A stretch of 63,962 nt of DNA, filler included, from Choristocarpus tenellus KU-1152 (taxonomy: Eukaryota > Protista > Phaeophyceae), in the NCBI GenBank assembly GCA_964200185.2. It is 11 parts of 11 records of this genome, joined end to end, with 100 filler letters (N's around TTAATTAATTAA, not from the genome) between each part and the next. Parts side by side here need not be neighbours in the genome. Positions count along the whole stretch, not along the records: positions 52,157 to 55,026 come from CAXNAD020024065.1; positions 55,127 to 58,413 come from CAXNAD020021027.1; positions 58,514 to 61,346 come from CAXNAD020024341.1; positions 61,447 to 63,962 come from CAXNAD020027149.1; 7 more parts are not named here. One strand, given 5' to 3'. Positions 52,444 to 63,962 of the stretch are shown piece by piece (the first letter of the stretch is position 1; each line of letters opens with the position of its first letter). Position numbers and translations under genes: made by a program. Under the pieces are notes generated by a model. That model was not told the origin of the DNA. It ran no database searches and saw nothing but the letters and a program-made list of their open reading frames with translations.

Positions 52444-54881
52444 ATTATCAGAAAATGTGTTTCCCAGGAGCGTAACAGTGGTGGGCATAATGGGTGCAGG
52501 CTCTGCGAGAACCACGACTAGCCCCACTATAGATGACATAGTAATCATGCAGGAGCGAATCAGCACACGCCCGCACTCAACCATAATCCCTTGGCCGTTG
52601 TCACATGGACCGATGCTGGAAGGATGGCAAGAAGAAATGGAGGAAGGTAAGGTGATATTGCACTCCAATGATGTTGCATGAGAGGAAATTCTGAATGCGC
52701 ATCAGAAAGCACAGGTCATCTTCGAAAGCCCTACTACGTAGTACTCTGGAGTGTATACTGCAATATTATTTGTTTTTACTGTAATTGATAGTGAAATTCA
52801 GAGAGAGGTCATCACACATTGTTTGGAATCGGAATAGGCTTCCTCCTGAGGGAGTTTTCGATTAGAGAAAGAGAAATCACTTAAGGTTGACAATGAATTA
52901 TCTTGTCTGTACCCATGTGCATTGCCAAATTACCTGTAATGCCCACATTAAATAGAACTTTGTAGTCAGTGTGCCGTGTTTCAAGCTCATTTATGTATCC
53001 AGTGAACAAAGAATTGATGGCATAGATGTGTGGCAGTGCAGTCTAATAATTTTTCCAGTGGGTTGATACACCCACCCTCTCCTGTTTTGGACGACTGTTG
53101 AAGTACTCTGCCTCTCTATACTTTGTACTCCGAAGTTGCACATTGTAGAGGAAAAGTTAAGCTAGTATACAACGAAAATATCAGTTAAGGACAACAAAAT
53201 TCCCTTGATTAATGATCTACACTTTCGAGTGTTGTGGTGCTCTGCACTGCTCAGATGCCGATGTGGACTATTATTTTATCTAATTGGGTTGATTCTCTTA
53301 GTTAACCCAAAGCATTTTCGGAGGTAGGACAGTGTCTGTTCGGGGTTGTAAATCCAATGTTGCGACTTTTATTCATTTAGGCTATAGTGTTTGTTAGCAA
53401 GTGTCAGTATCCTTGCTCCGGACGCACATTTCATAGTCGTATTCACTTTACCTACTCTGAACTGTTTCTGTGTTCACACAGAAAGTCGAAAAATGGGATA
53501 AAAAAAAAAGCCGGAAGTCAAGGCCCGAACAGACAAAGAGGGCAAAACTCCTACCCTGATAAATGATTTGGGTCAGTTCAAATGTTCCGTTTTTTTAAGA
53601 GTCTTGATTTATTATTCCGCCTCCCCTTAATTTGTACTCTGGAGTAACACATTGTAGTGTAAGTGTTAGCTAGTATACAACGAAAATGCAAGGTAAAGAC
53701 AACAAAAAGTTCACAAGAGACAATGAACAATCTAGGGTGCTGCTGTGCTCTGTACTGCACCACAGTAGTCCTTCGCTTAACTGTGTACACCTCACACACA
53801 ATCATTGCGTGTGTTTGAGCACTGTGGACTACCTTGCAAAGTGAAAGCAACATTGCACTCACCGGCAACGTTCAACCACCACATCATCTGAGAGGTCCAG
53901 TGCAGGAGATACGGAGTTAGTCGTTTCATAATCCATGCAGTGCCAACATCCATCACTTTCACATAGGGGGCATTTGACCAAATTGAGCTGTGGTGAGCCC
54001 CGGGTGATACAAACGTCCTGTAGTAAGCAAGGAGCGTTCACCTGGCAAGGATTACAAGTGTTAGTGCAACAATAGTACCTAAGTCATGTACTAAAAAAAA
54101 TGCTCTCTAGAGTAGGCAAGACACAGAGAGATACAAATTATTTCAAAGCATGAGTTGAAGTTCTGGGAGAACATCAGACAGATGGTTATGAGGAGTGCAT
54201 AACCCATGCAACATACCTTTCTAGAGACCACGTGTTGTTGAGACCACGTGTTGTTCTGTCTTATCCATCAAATTGGAAGAAAAAGCATTTCAGAGAACAT
54301 GTCAAAATTCAGAGGACACCTTACTCTACGAATCGTATCTCCTAAACTGAAAGTGTTACAATGAGAGGATTATGAGATTATAGTGACCGATATTTGAAAA
54401 CAAAGAGAAAGCATTGTGAAATAATATGCAGAATACTACCATATCCTAAGAATTAACATACATGTAATGTGTGCTCGAGTGCCTGGATCTCGCCTCTCCC
54501 TCTGCACACAAGGCGAAGTGGTGTGTTGATGTGAATTGTACGGTTCAGTTTAACCAACTCCGTTATGACTACAGTTGTTCCTGGCTCCGCCGATTTTACA
54601 GCACTGTATAGGTCTGCTGCAGGGACTACTAGCGGTGCTCCCATTCCTCTGCAGAAAGATGTGTCTGCGGTTATATCCGTGTCATTCCCTACCCCTGAGG
54701 CACCGCTGCTGCCACTGGTGCTAGCGTGACTACTGCCCGTAAGCATCATACTGTGCTTCTTCTGCGGATGCTCTTTGCCCTCCTCCCTGCGTCCGATGAA
54801 CATACCGTTATTCCCTCCATTATTATTGGTGTTCTTGCTGTTACAGTCATGGACTTTTGGCAAGTCCAAGCTCACAACAAT
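52444..54881 (-). CDS. Internal exons of a right-handed beta-helix (pectin-lyase-like) domain protein
   Basis: Phase-consistent exons at 54881-54462, 54041-53863 and 52690-52444. DLYSAVKSAEPGTTVVITELVKLNRTIHINTPLRLVCRG resembles the classic beta-helix cap. It is followed by coil-like strands VVVERCRIS, GQGIMVECGRVLIRSCMIT and TLLGNTFSDN. Confidence 0.6.
53308..53576. mobile_element. Older, degenerate family A MITE
   Basis: Contains AAATCCAATGTTGCGACTTTT..GTGTCAGTATCCTTGCTCCGGAC..GGGCAAAACTCCTACCCT with decayed TIRs. Confidence 0.65.
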
Positions 54882-54940
54882 CTGTTCAGTCGAAGGAAGC
54901 ATAAAAATGAGAAGTTGAATAGATATGTACTCATTTTAGT

Positions 54941-55026
54941 GAGTAAATGTATCTTAGAGGGTAGATCCGTGTCCATTTGGGAGCAAAATCCAATGTTGCA
55001 ATTTTGATGTAATTTTGGCTATCGTG
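54941..55026. mobile_element. Family A MITE end, truncated by the contig boundary
   Basis: GAGTAAATGTATCTTAGAGGGTAG..AAAATCCAATGTTGCAATTTTGATGTAATTTTGGCTATCGTG. Confidence 0.8.
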
Positions 55027-55140
55027 NNNNNNNNNNNNNNNNNNNNNNNNNNNNNNNNNNNNNNNNNNNNTTAATTAATTAANNNNNNNNNNNNNNNNNN
55101 NNNNNNNNNNNNNNNNNNNNNNNNNNCCAGATACTTTGGG

Positions 55141-56052
55141 TCAGAACGTATGCGGAATAAAAGGAAGGATGTGTTGAATGTGTGGATGGGTGGGGGGGGA
55201 GTACCTGACCTCAGTGAAGACAGTATGTCCTGGAGGAACCTTGCGATCCCTACGGAGGCGCCCCTCTTCCTCTGGCGTTGGATCCCTCAGCATGTATTGT
55301 GTCTTGGTGACCTCCATTGTCTCCATCAAGGAGGAGGTTCCCGGCATCTGTTTTCCGTTCAGCTCCAGCCTCCTGGCGGCTGACTTCACCACAGCTCCAA
55401 CTCCATCCGCCATGGATTTGCCGTGGCACAAGGAGAAGAAGTTGTGCACTACTGAAATCCCCATCCTCACAATCGCCTGGGAAACCCACCACATCTGCCA
55501 CCGGTTCTTAAACTGACTACCGCATCCATCAGACCAGATGTGGAGGACCTTCAGGGTCTGACCATATTCCCGTGCTAAAGGTATTAAGTGGCTGCCGATG
55601 AAGATCTCCATAGCGTTCTGGACAAACTCATTGTCCTGACTCCGGTCTTCACTACAAATTGTAGTGCTGTGAGCCCATATCTTTTCCTCCCCCAAATTTC
55701 CCCCTTCCCTCGTGTCCCTGAACCACCAAACAATGGTCAAGAGCGCTGTCAACAATAGGTTGAAAAAATCTTGCTGTGTTAGGTCCTGGTGGCTGTGTCG
55801 AAGCTGGGAACTGAAGTCAATGGACATGGCAGCGTGACCTTCCGGGAGGCGGGATTTGCAATGCTCATATTGCCGTGCCTGCCAGATGGTTGTGTTGTGA
55901 TGAAGGAAGAAATGACTGTGGAAGTTGGTGAAGAGGACCTCAAGGTGTGTGGGGAACCCCTCTGTCTGTGGGAATAGTACCTGGTCGTACAGATGGGGGG
56001 GCAGTAGTTGTGTGGGGTCATGTTTTATATATTGGAGGAGGGGGAGCCATTT
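55141..56052 (-). mobile_element. Sola2-like DDD transposase core (stop-free frame of ~300 codons)
   Basis: Motifs HHNTTIWQARQYEHCKSRLPEGHAAMSIDFS, LHIWSDGCGSQFKNR and HNFFSLCHGKSMADGVGAVVK correspond to the Sola2 pattern DFSENY / SDGCAxQYKN / FFATSHGKxxxDGxGG. The frame is open from 56052, although the listed ORF starts at 55827. Confidence 0.75.
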
Positions 56053-57152
56053 CTACCAAGTAACGTGTTTTCTGTTACGGAAAAACCGTGCGTGTACCAC
56101 AACCAACACCTACATAACACACAAATTAATGTATCACACCATCTCCCATCTCGCACTTCTTTCAAGTATTTTGTACGATGTGTTGGTGTTCCAATATTTT
56201 TTGTTATCATCAGGAAATAATTTTTTGGAGTAGTTTATTTAGTTAGGGTACATATTCTGCTGTTGTTGTTGCTACTACTATTACAAATAGGACAACCATT
56301 GCCTTAACGGACACCCTATTCAATAGGGATTCATGACAGGATCAATCAAAATGTTACTGTGTGACCCAATAACAATAACATACTGATGATGATGAAACTA
56401 ATGATGGGATCTCATGAGGAAGAAGAATAAGATTGACCCCCTCCCAACACCCAACATGTCAAATGCTTCAAAATCAAGGAGAAACCTCAGCCAGGGTTAC
56501 ATCGCCTCCATCCCTCCATCCCTCCATCCCAATGCCATACACTGCTAAAAATAACATATTCATATAAATACTATTGTTATGAAGTAAGTATGTGAAAAAT
56601 AAAGGAGATAACTAAAAGAGAAGAAGGAACATTCAAATCCCCATCTGCTGTTTAAAATCAAGCAAACAGCGTAAGATAAGTATGACAATAATAGTCCATC
56701 TGTTGTTTAAAATCAAGTAAAATGGGGTAAGATCAACATCACGACAATAGTTGTTGCTGGAGTATGTGGGATGGGGATTAGTACAGGAAAAGGCAAAGAC
56801 ATCATCACACATGCGGTGTCCACCGCATCCCTTTGGTCCTGATGACCACATACAGAGTTATTTGCACTTTTCCATCTTTCGATATTCGCAATTCTTCATA
56901 AGAAATCAAAAGGTTATAAGCCTTAGCTCTCCCACCCTCCCATCCTGTCGCTTGCTCACAACCGACGGGAACACTGGGTAGGGGGGGGGAAGGTCAAGTT
57001 CCAGCGGGGTAGATGTCTTCTAGCTCAAAGGCACGGTTTGAAGTGGATCATGAAGGGGTGTTCTTGGGTGATTGTGGAGTGGTGTTGAGTGGTGTGGGAA
57101 CTGCTGTGAGGTTGAGGGGAGTGGTAACTTGTGTGGGGTTGAAAGGTGGGGG

Positions 57153-57252
57153 GGGTGACTGGAAATCAGGGGCGAAGGGCATTCGCACTGGTTGGTCATC
57201 AAATGTGAGGGATGGCTGGCAATCAGTGGCGAAGGGCATTCGCACTGGTTGG
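57153..57252. repeat. Direct repeat, 2 units of ~57-60 bp period
   Basis: CTGG.AATCAG.GGCGAAGGGCATTCGCACTGGTTGG occurs twice. Confidence 0.75.
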
Positions 57253-57389
57253 ACAGAAGAAGGAATACATGGAAAAGGAAGGGAAAGGAGAATAGGGGAA
57301 TGGCAAACAAGGAATAAACTAATAGTATTAATCCAGAATTCGTGAGCAAAACAAACTCTTCTCCATTTTTTCCACTAAGTTTCAAATCT

Positions 57390-58413
57390 AATCGCCAAGG
57401 CCTGCGATTCGTATCGATGAAGATCCGGGTTCGTGCAATGACTGAGTTACCCAAATGTATCACCATCAAAGAACTTCGATCTGTCCTAGGTATGGTCAAA
57501 ATTTTGTGCGTAAATTCATACCCAACTTAGCCACAGTAATCGAACCGTTAGTTCGTCTCACTAAAAAAGGTGTCAGTAAGAGAGTGGATAAAGAATGGAG
57601 ATTGGACTAGGATGTGGCATTTTTTAAAGCAAAACAATTACTCACGGGTGCCCCGGTTCTCGTGCTTCCTGACTTTACCAAAGAATTCATCGTCGTCCAT
57701 GTTGATGCCAGTGAGAGTGGTTCTGGAGGGTTTTTAGCACAACCCCGATCCGATAATACTACAAACCTAGGTATTATTGCATATTTCAGCAAGAAATTTA
57801 AATGAAGCCCAACGTCACTGTTCAGCTACATTAAAATAATGTTATGCAGTCGTTACAGCTATCACACTCATTGGCGACCGTATCTTTGAGGTAGACTCTT
57901 TACCTGCATCACAGATCATGCTGCACTGCGTTACTTGTTTAGAATGCAGGATACCCGTAACATGCTTACTCGTTGGGCTATTGCTCTTCAAGCGTATGAT
58001 TTCACTGTCAAACACAAGCCTGGTAAGCTCAATGTTATACCTGGTACTCTATCTCGTATTTCAAGTTTAAGGAACAGGAGAAATTCGTTGCTCTAATGCT
58101 GGCACCAATCTGTCGTAATGTGCCTGAAGGTAGTAGTGCATTTACCACACGTGTTCAAAAGGAATATGAGTTATCTGCTTCTAACCTTGATCAACCAATG
58201 CCCGTCCAAAGTGATCGTGAACTATTTACTAGTTCCACAAATGTGTTTCCTGCAGTGGACCCGGAGCAATTGCACAAGGAGCAGGAATCCGAGTTCGGAC
58301 CATATTTCAGATATTTGCAGCCCCCAAATGTCGCCCCATCACCTGATAAAGAATCAACGACGTCTATGTCGTATTTTTCCTTCGTAATGGCTTACTGTAT
58401 CGTTCGTATTTAC
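57390..58413 (+). mobile_element. Degenerate Ty3/gypsy LTR-retrotransposon pol fragment (RT thumb/connection, RNase H)
   Basis: IKELRSVLGMV..FIPNLATVIEPLVRLTKK, LTGAPVLVLPDFTKEFIVVHVDASESGSGGFLAQ, IAYFSKK, FTCITDHAALRYL and LTRWAIALQAYDFTVKHKPGKLN. Contains frameshifts and stops. Confidence 0.85.
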
Positions 58414-58639
58414 NNNNNNNNNNNNNNNNNNNNNNNNNNNNNNNNNNNNNNNNNNNNTTAATTAATTAANNNNNNNNNNNNNNNNNNNNNNNNNNNNNNN
58501 NNNNNNNNNNNNNGTTATACGTACGTTTATATTTGGTTAGGTATGATACAGAGTACGTACGTATATAAAATATAATAAGTCAACATTAATCCACACATCA
58601 GTGATGATGGATGGTTGACAGGCAATTAATAATTCAGTG

Positions 58640-59060
58640 TGTGCTTTACCATGTAATTCAACAGCTAGCTTCCGGCGACGAGCCTCATGTGCGCCAAGCT
58701 TCTCAACACGCTTAAGCACATCCTGGAAATCGCCATCTTGGATTGTTTGGATGAGGACTATCAGATAACCAAACACTATCTCCAGCACCATAACAAGGAG
58801 GAGCGTTCGAGGCTAGAGCGCCACCAGGCTCTCCGCGGTCTCCTATTTCTCGTTGGAGCGAGAAATAGCGCGAACGAGCAGCTTTCTGAATAGAAGAAGT
58901 CCGCAGACAAGGATGGTGAAGAGAGTCACCAGGCAAGACGGACCAGACAGAAGAAGACGAACCACAACCGAGAGGACGAGGTTCTGGTTGGACAAGTGCA
59001 AGACTGAAAGGACTTGCAGGAAGAAGTGAGGAACTGAGGAAGTGCGGAGGATCACGATTC
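58640..59060 (+). mobile_element. Possible LTR-retrotransposon gag remnant
   Basis: KHILEIAILDCLDEDYQITKHYL resembles the IL-x-GL-xx-EY segment of copia-type gag. It is followed by a basic, Gly/Arg-rich broken frame. Weak evidence. Confidence 0.3.
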
Positions 59061-59309
59061 GGATGGGTTTCAGAAAAAAACTCCTTCAGAGATAGGAGAT
59101 ACGTTTTCGGAAAAAGTACTTACAAAGAGACGTTACGGGAAGACACGGAAGTCTATCCCTCCGAATATCCTCTACACAGTTGAACCGAAGTTCTCACAAA
59201 ACAACCTCAATCAGTATAACAGTATATAGCAAACGGCAATAACGGTATAAAACAGCCAAACCTGCGTTCCACATGTTACGTAGGCAAAATTCAGACACCA
59301 ATATTTCTA

Positions 59310-59555
59310 GTGTATTTTATTTTATATGCCCTCTGACATTCAACACATGTGTCAGCAGAAAAACTAATGAAAACTATTCACATGACAGAAAATCCGTAAA
59401 TAAGTAGCAATTGTCACAAATGTGAAAAACATTGATCTATTTGATATTTTACTGCCATCTATGTTGTACCACTGTATTCCTGTGTCTTAAACATACCTAT
59501 TCCTGCACCCCAGGGTGAGGAGCTAGGGAGGCATCCCAAGAATCAAACAAGCCCC
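59310..59555 (+). repeat. Dispersed repeat family X (copy 2)
   Basis: Contains the same blocks as 13215-13397, including GAGCTAGGGAGGCATCCCAA. Confidence 0.7.
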
Positions 59556-60833
59556 TCCTTGCCCATCTCCCTGGTGACTCCAGCTTAAAACGTGTATTAT
59601 TTTAAAGCAAAGAACAGAAAACCTACTGACTCAGACGCATCATACCAGACCGACACGGGAAATGCCATTTTGAGCTGTCTTCGTCGCCGTGGTAGTAGTA
59701 TATCTTCAATGTTTTCAGACACAATGCCAATGCGAGTGCATTGAAACGTTCCTAAGTATAGTATGACAAAGTTCATCGCTGAAGTGACTAATACCACTAT
59801 TATATAGTGCGAACAGAGTTGGTACACCATCATGTTCTCCAATACTAACTAGCACTACATAGTGTATCATATTCTAAAATGTAAAGTCGGTCTTTTATAT
59901 AGTGACTTTGCCCATGTAGTTCAGGTGGTGGTCCATCCATATTCCGTCACGAGAGTGCCCACCTTTGAATCTCAGTTTGCAGAGGGCAGATTTCCTTGAC
60001 AGGAAGTTTTGACTGACCATATGGCAAATACAATTGGGAAGGAACGCCTGTACCTACTATCTTCCACTAAGCCACAACAAGGGACGTGCAGAAGTATCTG
60101 GATCATGATGGTGAAGATTCATTGTAGATGGAGGGAGTATGCACCAGATTCGAGGGAGGAGAGGGAGTGATAAGTAGCAGAAAAACTGAACTGAACGCAT
60201 GAGAAGAGATCAAGGTGCGCAAGGGGCGGTCACCTACCCTTTGTGTTGTACCGAGTACAATCAAAGTATATTGCCCCTAAACATTGCCTGTATGTAGGGC
60301 TTAAGGAAATTTGGAGAGATAGCGCAAGTCACACTTGTGTGATTTTGGGGCGACAACAAGCTACTGTTCACCTACTGTACCCAGCTAGACCACTGAGACC
60401 TATGGGCAATGGGACATAACATAACACAATCTTACTATACTATAACATGCAATGGAAATGGTATACATATGTACTCCAAGGTCCTCTTACCAAGCTTGCG
60501 AGGAGAGTGTCCACTTTGGTTGCTGGGTTACACTCTGTTGTCTTTTGTGTTGTGCTTGGATCACTGAAGGTCGAGGAAAACAAGTTAATGCTGGCTCTCT
60601 TCGAGGTTCAAATATTCTTATCCATAATCCAATTATACATCATATCCCTGGAACGTGCCCACTGACACAATAATATAATACTTCCTTAGTTTGGAATTAA
60701 ATGTAGCATAACTTTGGCAGCCCCGATGAGGAAGCAAGGTTTTTTTCACATGTTCATATTTTTTCGGTCTATTATATAGACACCATAAGGTTGCCCACCA
60801 AATCTCGAGCAACGTTGGGCAGTCTACACCTAC

Positions 60834-61115
60834 CTATGATTCCACCCCCAAAGCCCTCCAAAACTCCATTCCAGCACAGTATTTCGCCGCATCCACCGGG
60901 GCAATCAGGGGGAGCTTATCCACCTTCAAGGCCTTTTCCTTGCTAAGATGGGGAATTATGATGGCGTTGTCCCCCTTGGACCCCAGCACTTCATCATAAA
61001 CTGCAAAGAGACTCTGCCAGATGCACCCTACTGTCTCGCGAGGGTACACATTAAATGCCTCCATTGTGGCCTCCACCAGCTCCTGTGGGTTGGTCACCCC
61101 CACATCTTCCTTCAA
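60834..61115 (-). mobile_element. C-terminal fragment of a mariner-like transposase, cut by a MITE insertion
   Basis: ELVEATMEAFNVYPRETVGCIWQSLFAVYDEVLGSKGDNAIIIPHLSK resembles the plant/oomycete mariner tail (L..AV..AF..GxNxYxIPH). The frame begins immediately next to the MITE at 61122. Confidence 0.6.
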
Positions 61116-61121
61116 TTGCAG

Positions 61122-61269
61122 TACCCAAAGTATCTGGGGGGGGTGGGGGGTCTACACCAGGGTGTCAATTTGACCAAAACCAGCAAAAGTGCACTTACAT
61201 TATCCATCCGACATATACAACCAAATCACCCAAAAGTTGCGACATGGGAAAAATGGGCCCCAAATGGAC

Positions 61270-61312
<43 letters not shown>
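61122..61312. mobile_element. MITE family B, right end lost in a poly-C run
   Basis: ACCCAAAGTATCTGGGGGGG..GTCTACACCAGGGTGTC..AAAAGTGCACTT..CCAAATCACCCAAAA. Confidence 0.8.
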
Positions 61313-61313
<1 letters not shown>

Positions 61314-61446
61314 CACGAAAAAACAGAAGAAAGGACGCCGGCGGCGNNNNNNNNNNNNNNNNNNNNNNNNNNNNNNNNNNNNNNNNNNNNTTAATTAATT
61401 AANNNNNNNNNNNNNNNNNNNNNNNNNNNNNNNNNNNNNNNNNNNN

Positions 61447-61785
61447 CTTCAGCTCCTCTCCACACTACCATGTGTGTAGCCAGCTCATCCAGGAAGCTTT
61501 CCGCTTGCTTGCCGAGGCGCCCAAAACATTCCACCGCAAAGATGTTGAGGTCATAACTACAAGGATCAAAGGAGCCTTTGTTGTGAGTGTGCTCTCGCGC
61601 CTCAGCTGCAGCAGCAGCTACACCATTGCTGGTGATGAGTGGGTTAGGTAGGAGGTTGCCTGTACATCTGCGAAGGTGACGTCCAGCAGAAGACTTTTGT
61701 CCCTGTAGAAAGTTGTTCCGGTGTCCACTAGTTCCCCGGCGTGGAACACCAGGTCCATGCAGAGATTCCTGTCCACATAATATTA
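61447..61785 (-). mobile_element. Remnant of a non-LTR retrotransposon RLE domain (CRE/R2-type), frameshifted
   Basis: CMDLVF..SLLLDVTFAD..AAAAAEARE..SFDP..VECFGRLGKQAESFLDELA has the PD..D..E/K-type RLE layout found at the 3' end of CRE-like elements. Confidence 0.6.
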
Positions 61786-61789
61786 ATAT

Positions 61790-61985
61790 TATAGGTATGG
61801 ATAGATTGGAGACGCAGGAGGATCAATGGTACAACATAGATAGTGGTGAAGTAATAAATGGATGAGGGTTATTCACATTTATGACATTTTATTTCTTTAG
61901 GGCTTGTACTGACAATGTGTATAGTTTTCATCGGTTTCCCCCCTGACACATCTGGAAAATGTCTAAGGGCATAATAATAATATAT
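61790..61985 (-). repeat. Dispersed repeat family X, adjoining the RLE remnant
   Basis: ATAGTTTTCAT..TTTCCC..TGACACATCTGGAAAATGT..AGGGCAT.ATAAT matches 13635-13700, where the block is duplicated at 13720-13770. Confidence 0.7.
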
Positions 61986-62127
61986 ATTTAGTGCTTACAG
62001 CTGTAGAAATTTGAAATTTAGGATACAATATTGAATAGGAGTGGTAAGATATGAAATAGGAGGCATGGTCAAGATGAGGCCAGCTCGTATGAAAAAGAAA
62101 TTACCTGATCAGCCAGAGATAAAATGT

Positions 62128-62355
62128 TCCAACATGGCCGATTCCATGGCCATCGCTTACTCAACATGACCAGGCCCAATGTCCAGTCTTGTACAATCAA
62201 GTTTGAATATGGCCGAGTCCGTAGCTGTCACTTATTCAACATGACCAGGACCACTGCCAGTCATGTATGACAAGTTCGATCATGACCGAGTCCATGTCTA
62301 TTGACCGTTTCAACTTGGCAGACCACGGACCGGGCCACAACGATATGGCCGACAG
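62128..62355. repeat. Degenerate tandem repeat, ~75-bp period, about 3 units
   Basis: ATGGCCGAKTCC..TCAACATGACCAGG..CCAGTC..CAAGTT recurs near 62130, 62206 and 62279. Confidence 0.7.
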
Positions 62356-63962
62356 TGGACATGCTACCTGCCCAGCCCGATTAAAAGGTCTCAACTATAT
62401 GATGTAGAGAGCAGGAACATACCACAACACATAATGTCAGTCAAGTACAAAAAAATGATCTCTGTATTGCAGATCTCAACGCAATAGCACCACCAAGAAC
62501 TCTCTTTTCGCCTTCCGCAACAATGTGCAGGCACCCTATGGTTCATTCTCTCTTTTTCCCTTTGCCTCCCAATGAAGAAAATGCTGTAGCACTTCATTAA
62601 AGAAAGGGAGTCAGGGGAAGGCTCACCCCTCCACCGCCAACATCACCTCCTCCTCCACTTTGTACTGCTTGTAGTCTCGTCTATTGACAGTTCACCCCGT
62701 TTCTCATCATTCACGCTATTAACATTTATTGTATCACAAGCTACCTCCAGTAGGTCATCCCTGACGTGCCTTGTGCTCTTCTAGCTGTAGAACTTCTTGA
62801 GCCCCTAGGTATGTAGTTGTTGGTCAGAAGCTCATCCAGCCATGATCTGAAGATTTTCCAATGCCCCAACCAAGTCAGGCTCACAGTCCCTCTTAACCTC
62901 CTATGTTGATGTTCACACTCAGTTTCTGTAGGAGTCCTCTCAGGCCATGGGCATTTTGGTCAAGTGCACCACGATGTGCTCCATGGCCCCACCTCTGGAG
63001 TGTGAGAATTAAAGCACATCCTCTTCATCTTACTGTCCCCATCCATATCCATTGGGTCACAAATTCCGTTGAGCAAAGTTGTATCTACGACATTTATGCC
63101 AAGTGGATTGTGGAGTCCCAGTAGTGTGACGGCAGGAATGAGGTAGCAGCCTTTTCCAGCAGCACATGGTATGGTCGAAGTGTACAGGATGTACACGGGA
63201 AGGGCACCGCTTGGTTAGGTGTCTGGGACCACAAAACGGGTTGTCGCCGCCCTTGGTATAGGATGTCTCTCGACGTTAAGGTATGTCATCCAATATTATT
63301 ACCCAAAATATACTATAAGAGAAAAATCGAGTATGTGACGGACAGGTCCCGTTGAGAGTTAATCTCAGTCGAATCCTTTTTCGGGGGCACACACCTTGTG
63401 TATCACACGCACATTTCTTTGTCTTGGTGACGTTCACATCAGCATCAATCACAGAGATGTCGTGAGAATATCCGGACCACTTGTCATTGACGGCCAAAAT
63501 GATGTGAAGTCATACGCCTAATGCGAGAGTCAACTCAGGTTCATCCCAAGATTTGATTATTGTCAAACCTTTGCTCAAGCAACCCTCCTCTGACACACCT
63601 GGTGACTATAAACACCTCCAATGACTGATTTGAACCTGTCTCACGACAGTTGTACTCACGCTGACAGTCTAAAGGGACATCACCAGGTAACATGAACGCC
63701 TCAATAAAAGAAGTAACCAAAGATAAGAAGAAGAGAGACAAGACGAGAAGGATAAAGGGAAGACCACAGGCCCAGGCGAAGAAGAGAATGTTTTAAACCG
63801 GACATGAGGGAGAAGCACACATATTTCGGTAACTAGTTTGGTTGATGGCACCCTAGGCGGCTCGTTTGAGAGCCTAAGTAACAGAGAGGAATATATTTTG
63901 TTATCATTTTGCATTAAAGCCAGTTTTTCAATCTTTTGACCCAAAGTATCTGGGAAGGGGGG

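Noticed and set aside
9183-61446. Regularly recurring TTAATTAATTAA flanked by Ns, superficially like a repeat array
   Set aside because: It is an artificial six-frame-stop linker. Adjacency of genes across these linkers has no biological meaning.
62600-63900. Broken coding-like sequence (similarly 7300-7950, 20200-20650, 38170-38600 and 59600-60200)
   Set aside because: Probably decayed transposons, but no diagnostic motif could be recognised.
9112-63962. Recurring AAAGTATCT/AGATACTTT motif as a CRISPR-like repeat
   Set aside because: Copies are dispersed, occur as inverted pairs around conserved interiors and have TSDs, so they are MITE TIRs. There are no regular spacers or cas genes.

Overview
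This window is not one locus. It is 11 short eukaryotic contigs joined by ten artificial 100-nt linkers (N44-TTAATTAATTAA-N44, with stops in all six frames). The DNA is intron-rich with GT-AG introns, and the gene and repeat style suggest a photosynthetic stramenopile such as a brown alga or relative (inference only). Hand-spliced genes: a CYC8/SSN6-like TPR corepressor (5' part), an F-box + DUF3506 (FBXO31-like) gene, and a complete 10-exon MRS2/CorA Mg2+ transporter. The MRS2 gene lies head-to-head (198 bp) with an intron-containing, bacterial-type BtuF/TroA-like cobalamin/Fe-siderophore-binding protein gene. Also present are a protein with several divergent RPEL-like repeats plus an EF-hand, a galectin-like-domain protein, a right-handed beta-helix protein and two unknown genes. 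Mobile DNA is abundant: many Sola2-like MITEs (two with perfect 4-bp TSDs), a stop-free Sola2-like transposase frame, and Tc1/mariner, Ty3/gypsy and CRE-like non-LTR remnants. The best candidates for novelty are the MRS2/BtuF-like bidirectional pair, the RPEL-like/EF-hand protein, the Sola2 transposase-MITE system, frequent AAG/GAG 3' splice sites and intronic TTAGGG tracts. All gene models were made by eye and have not been confirmed by database searches or transcripts.
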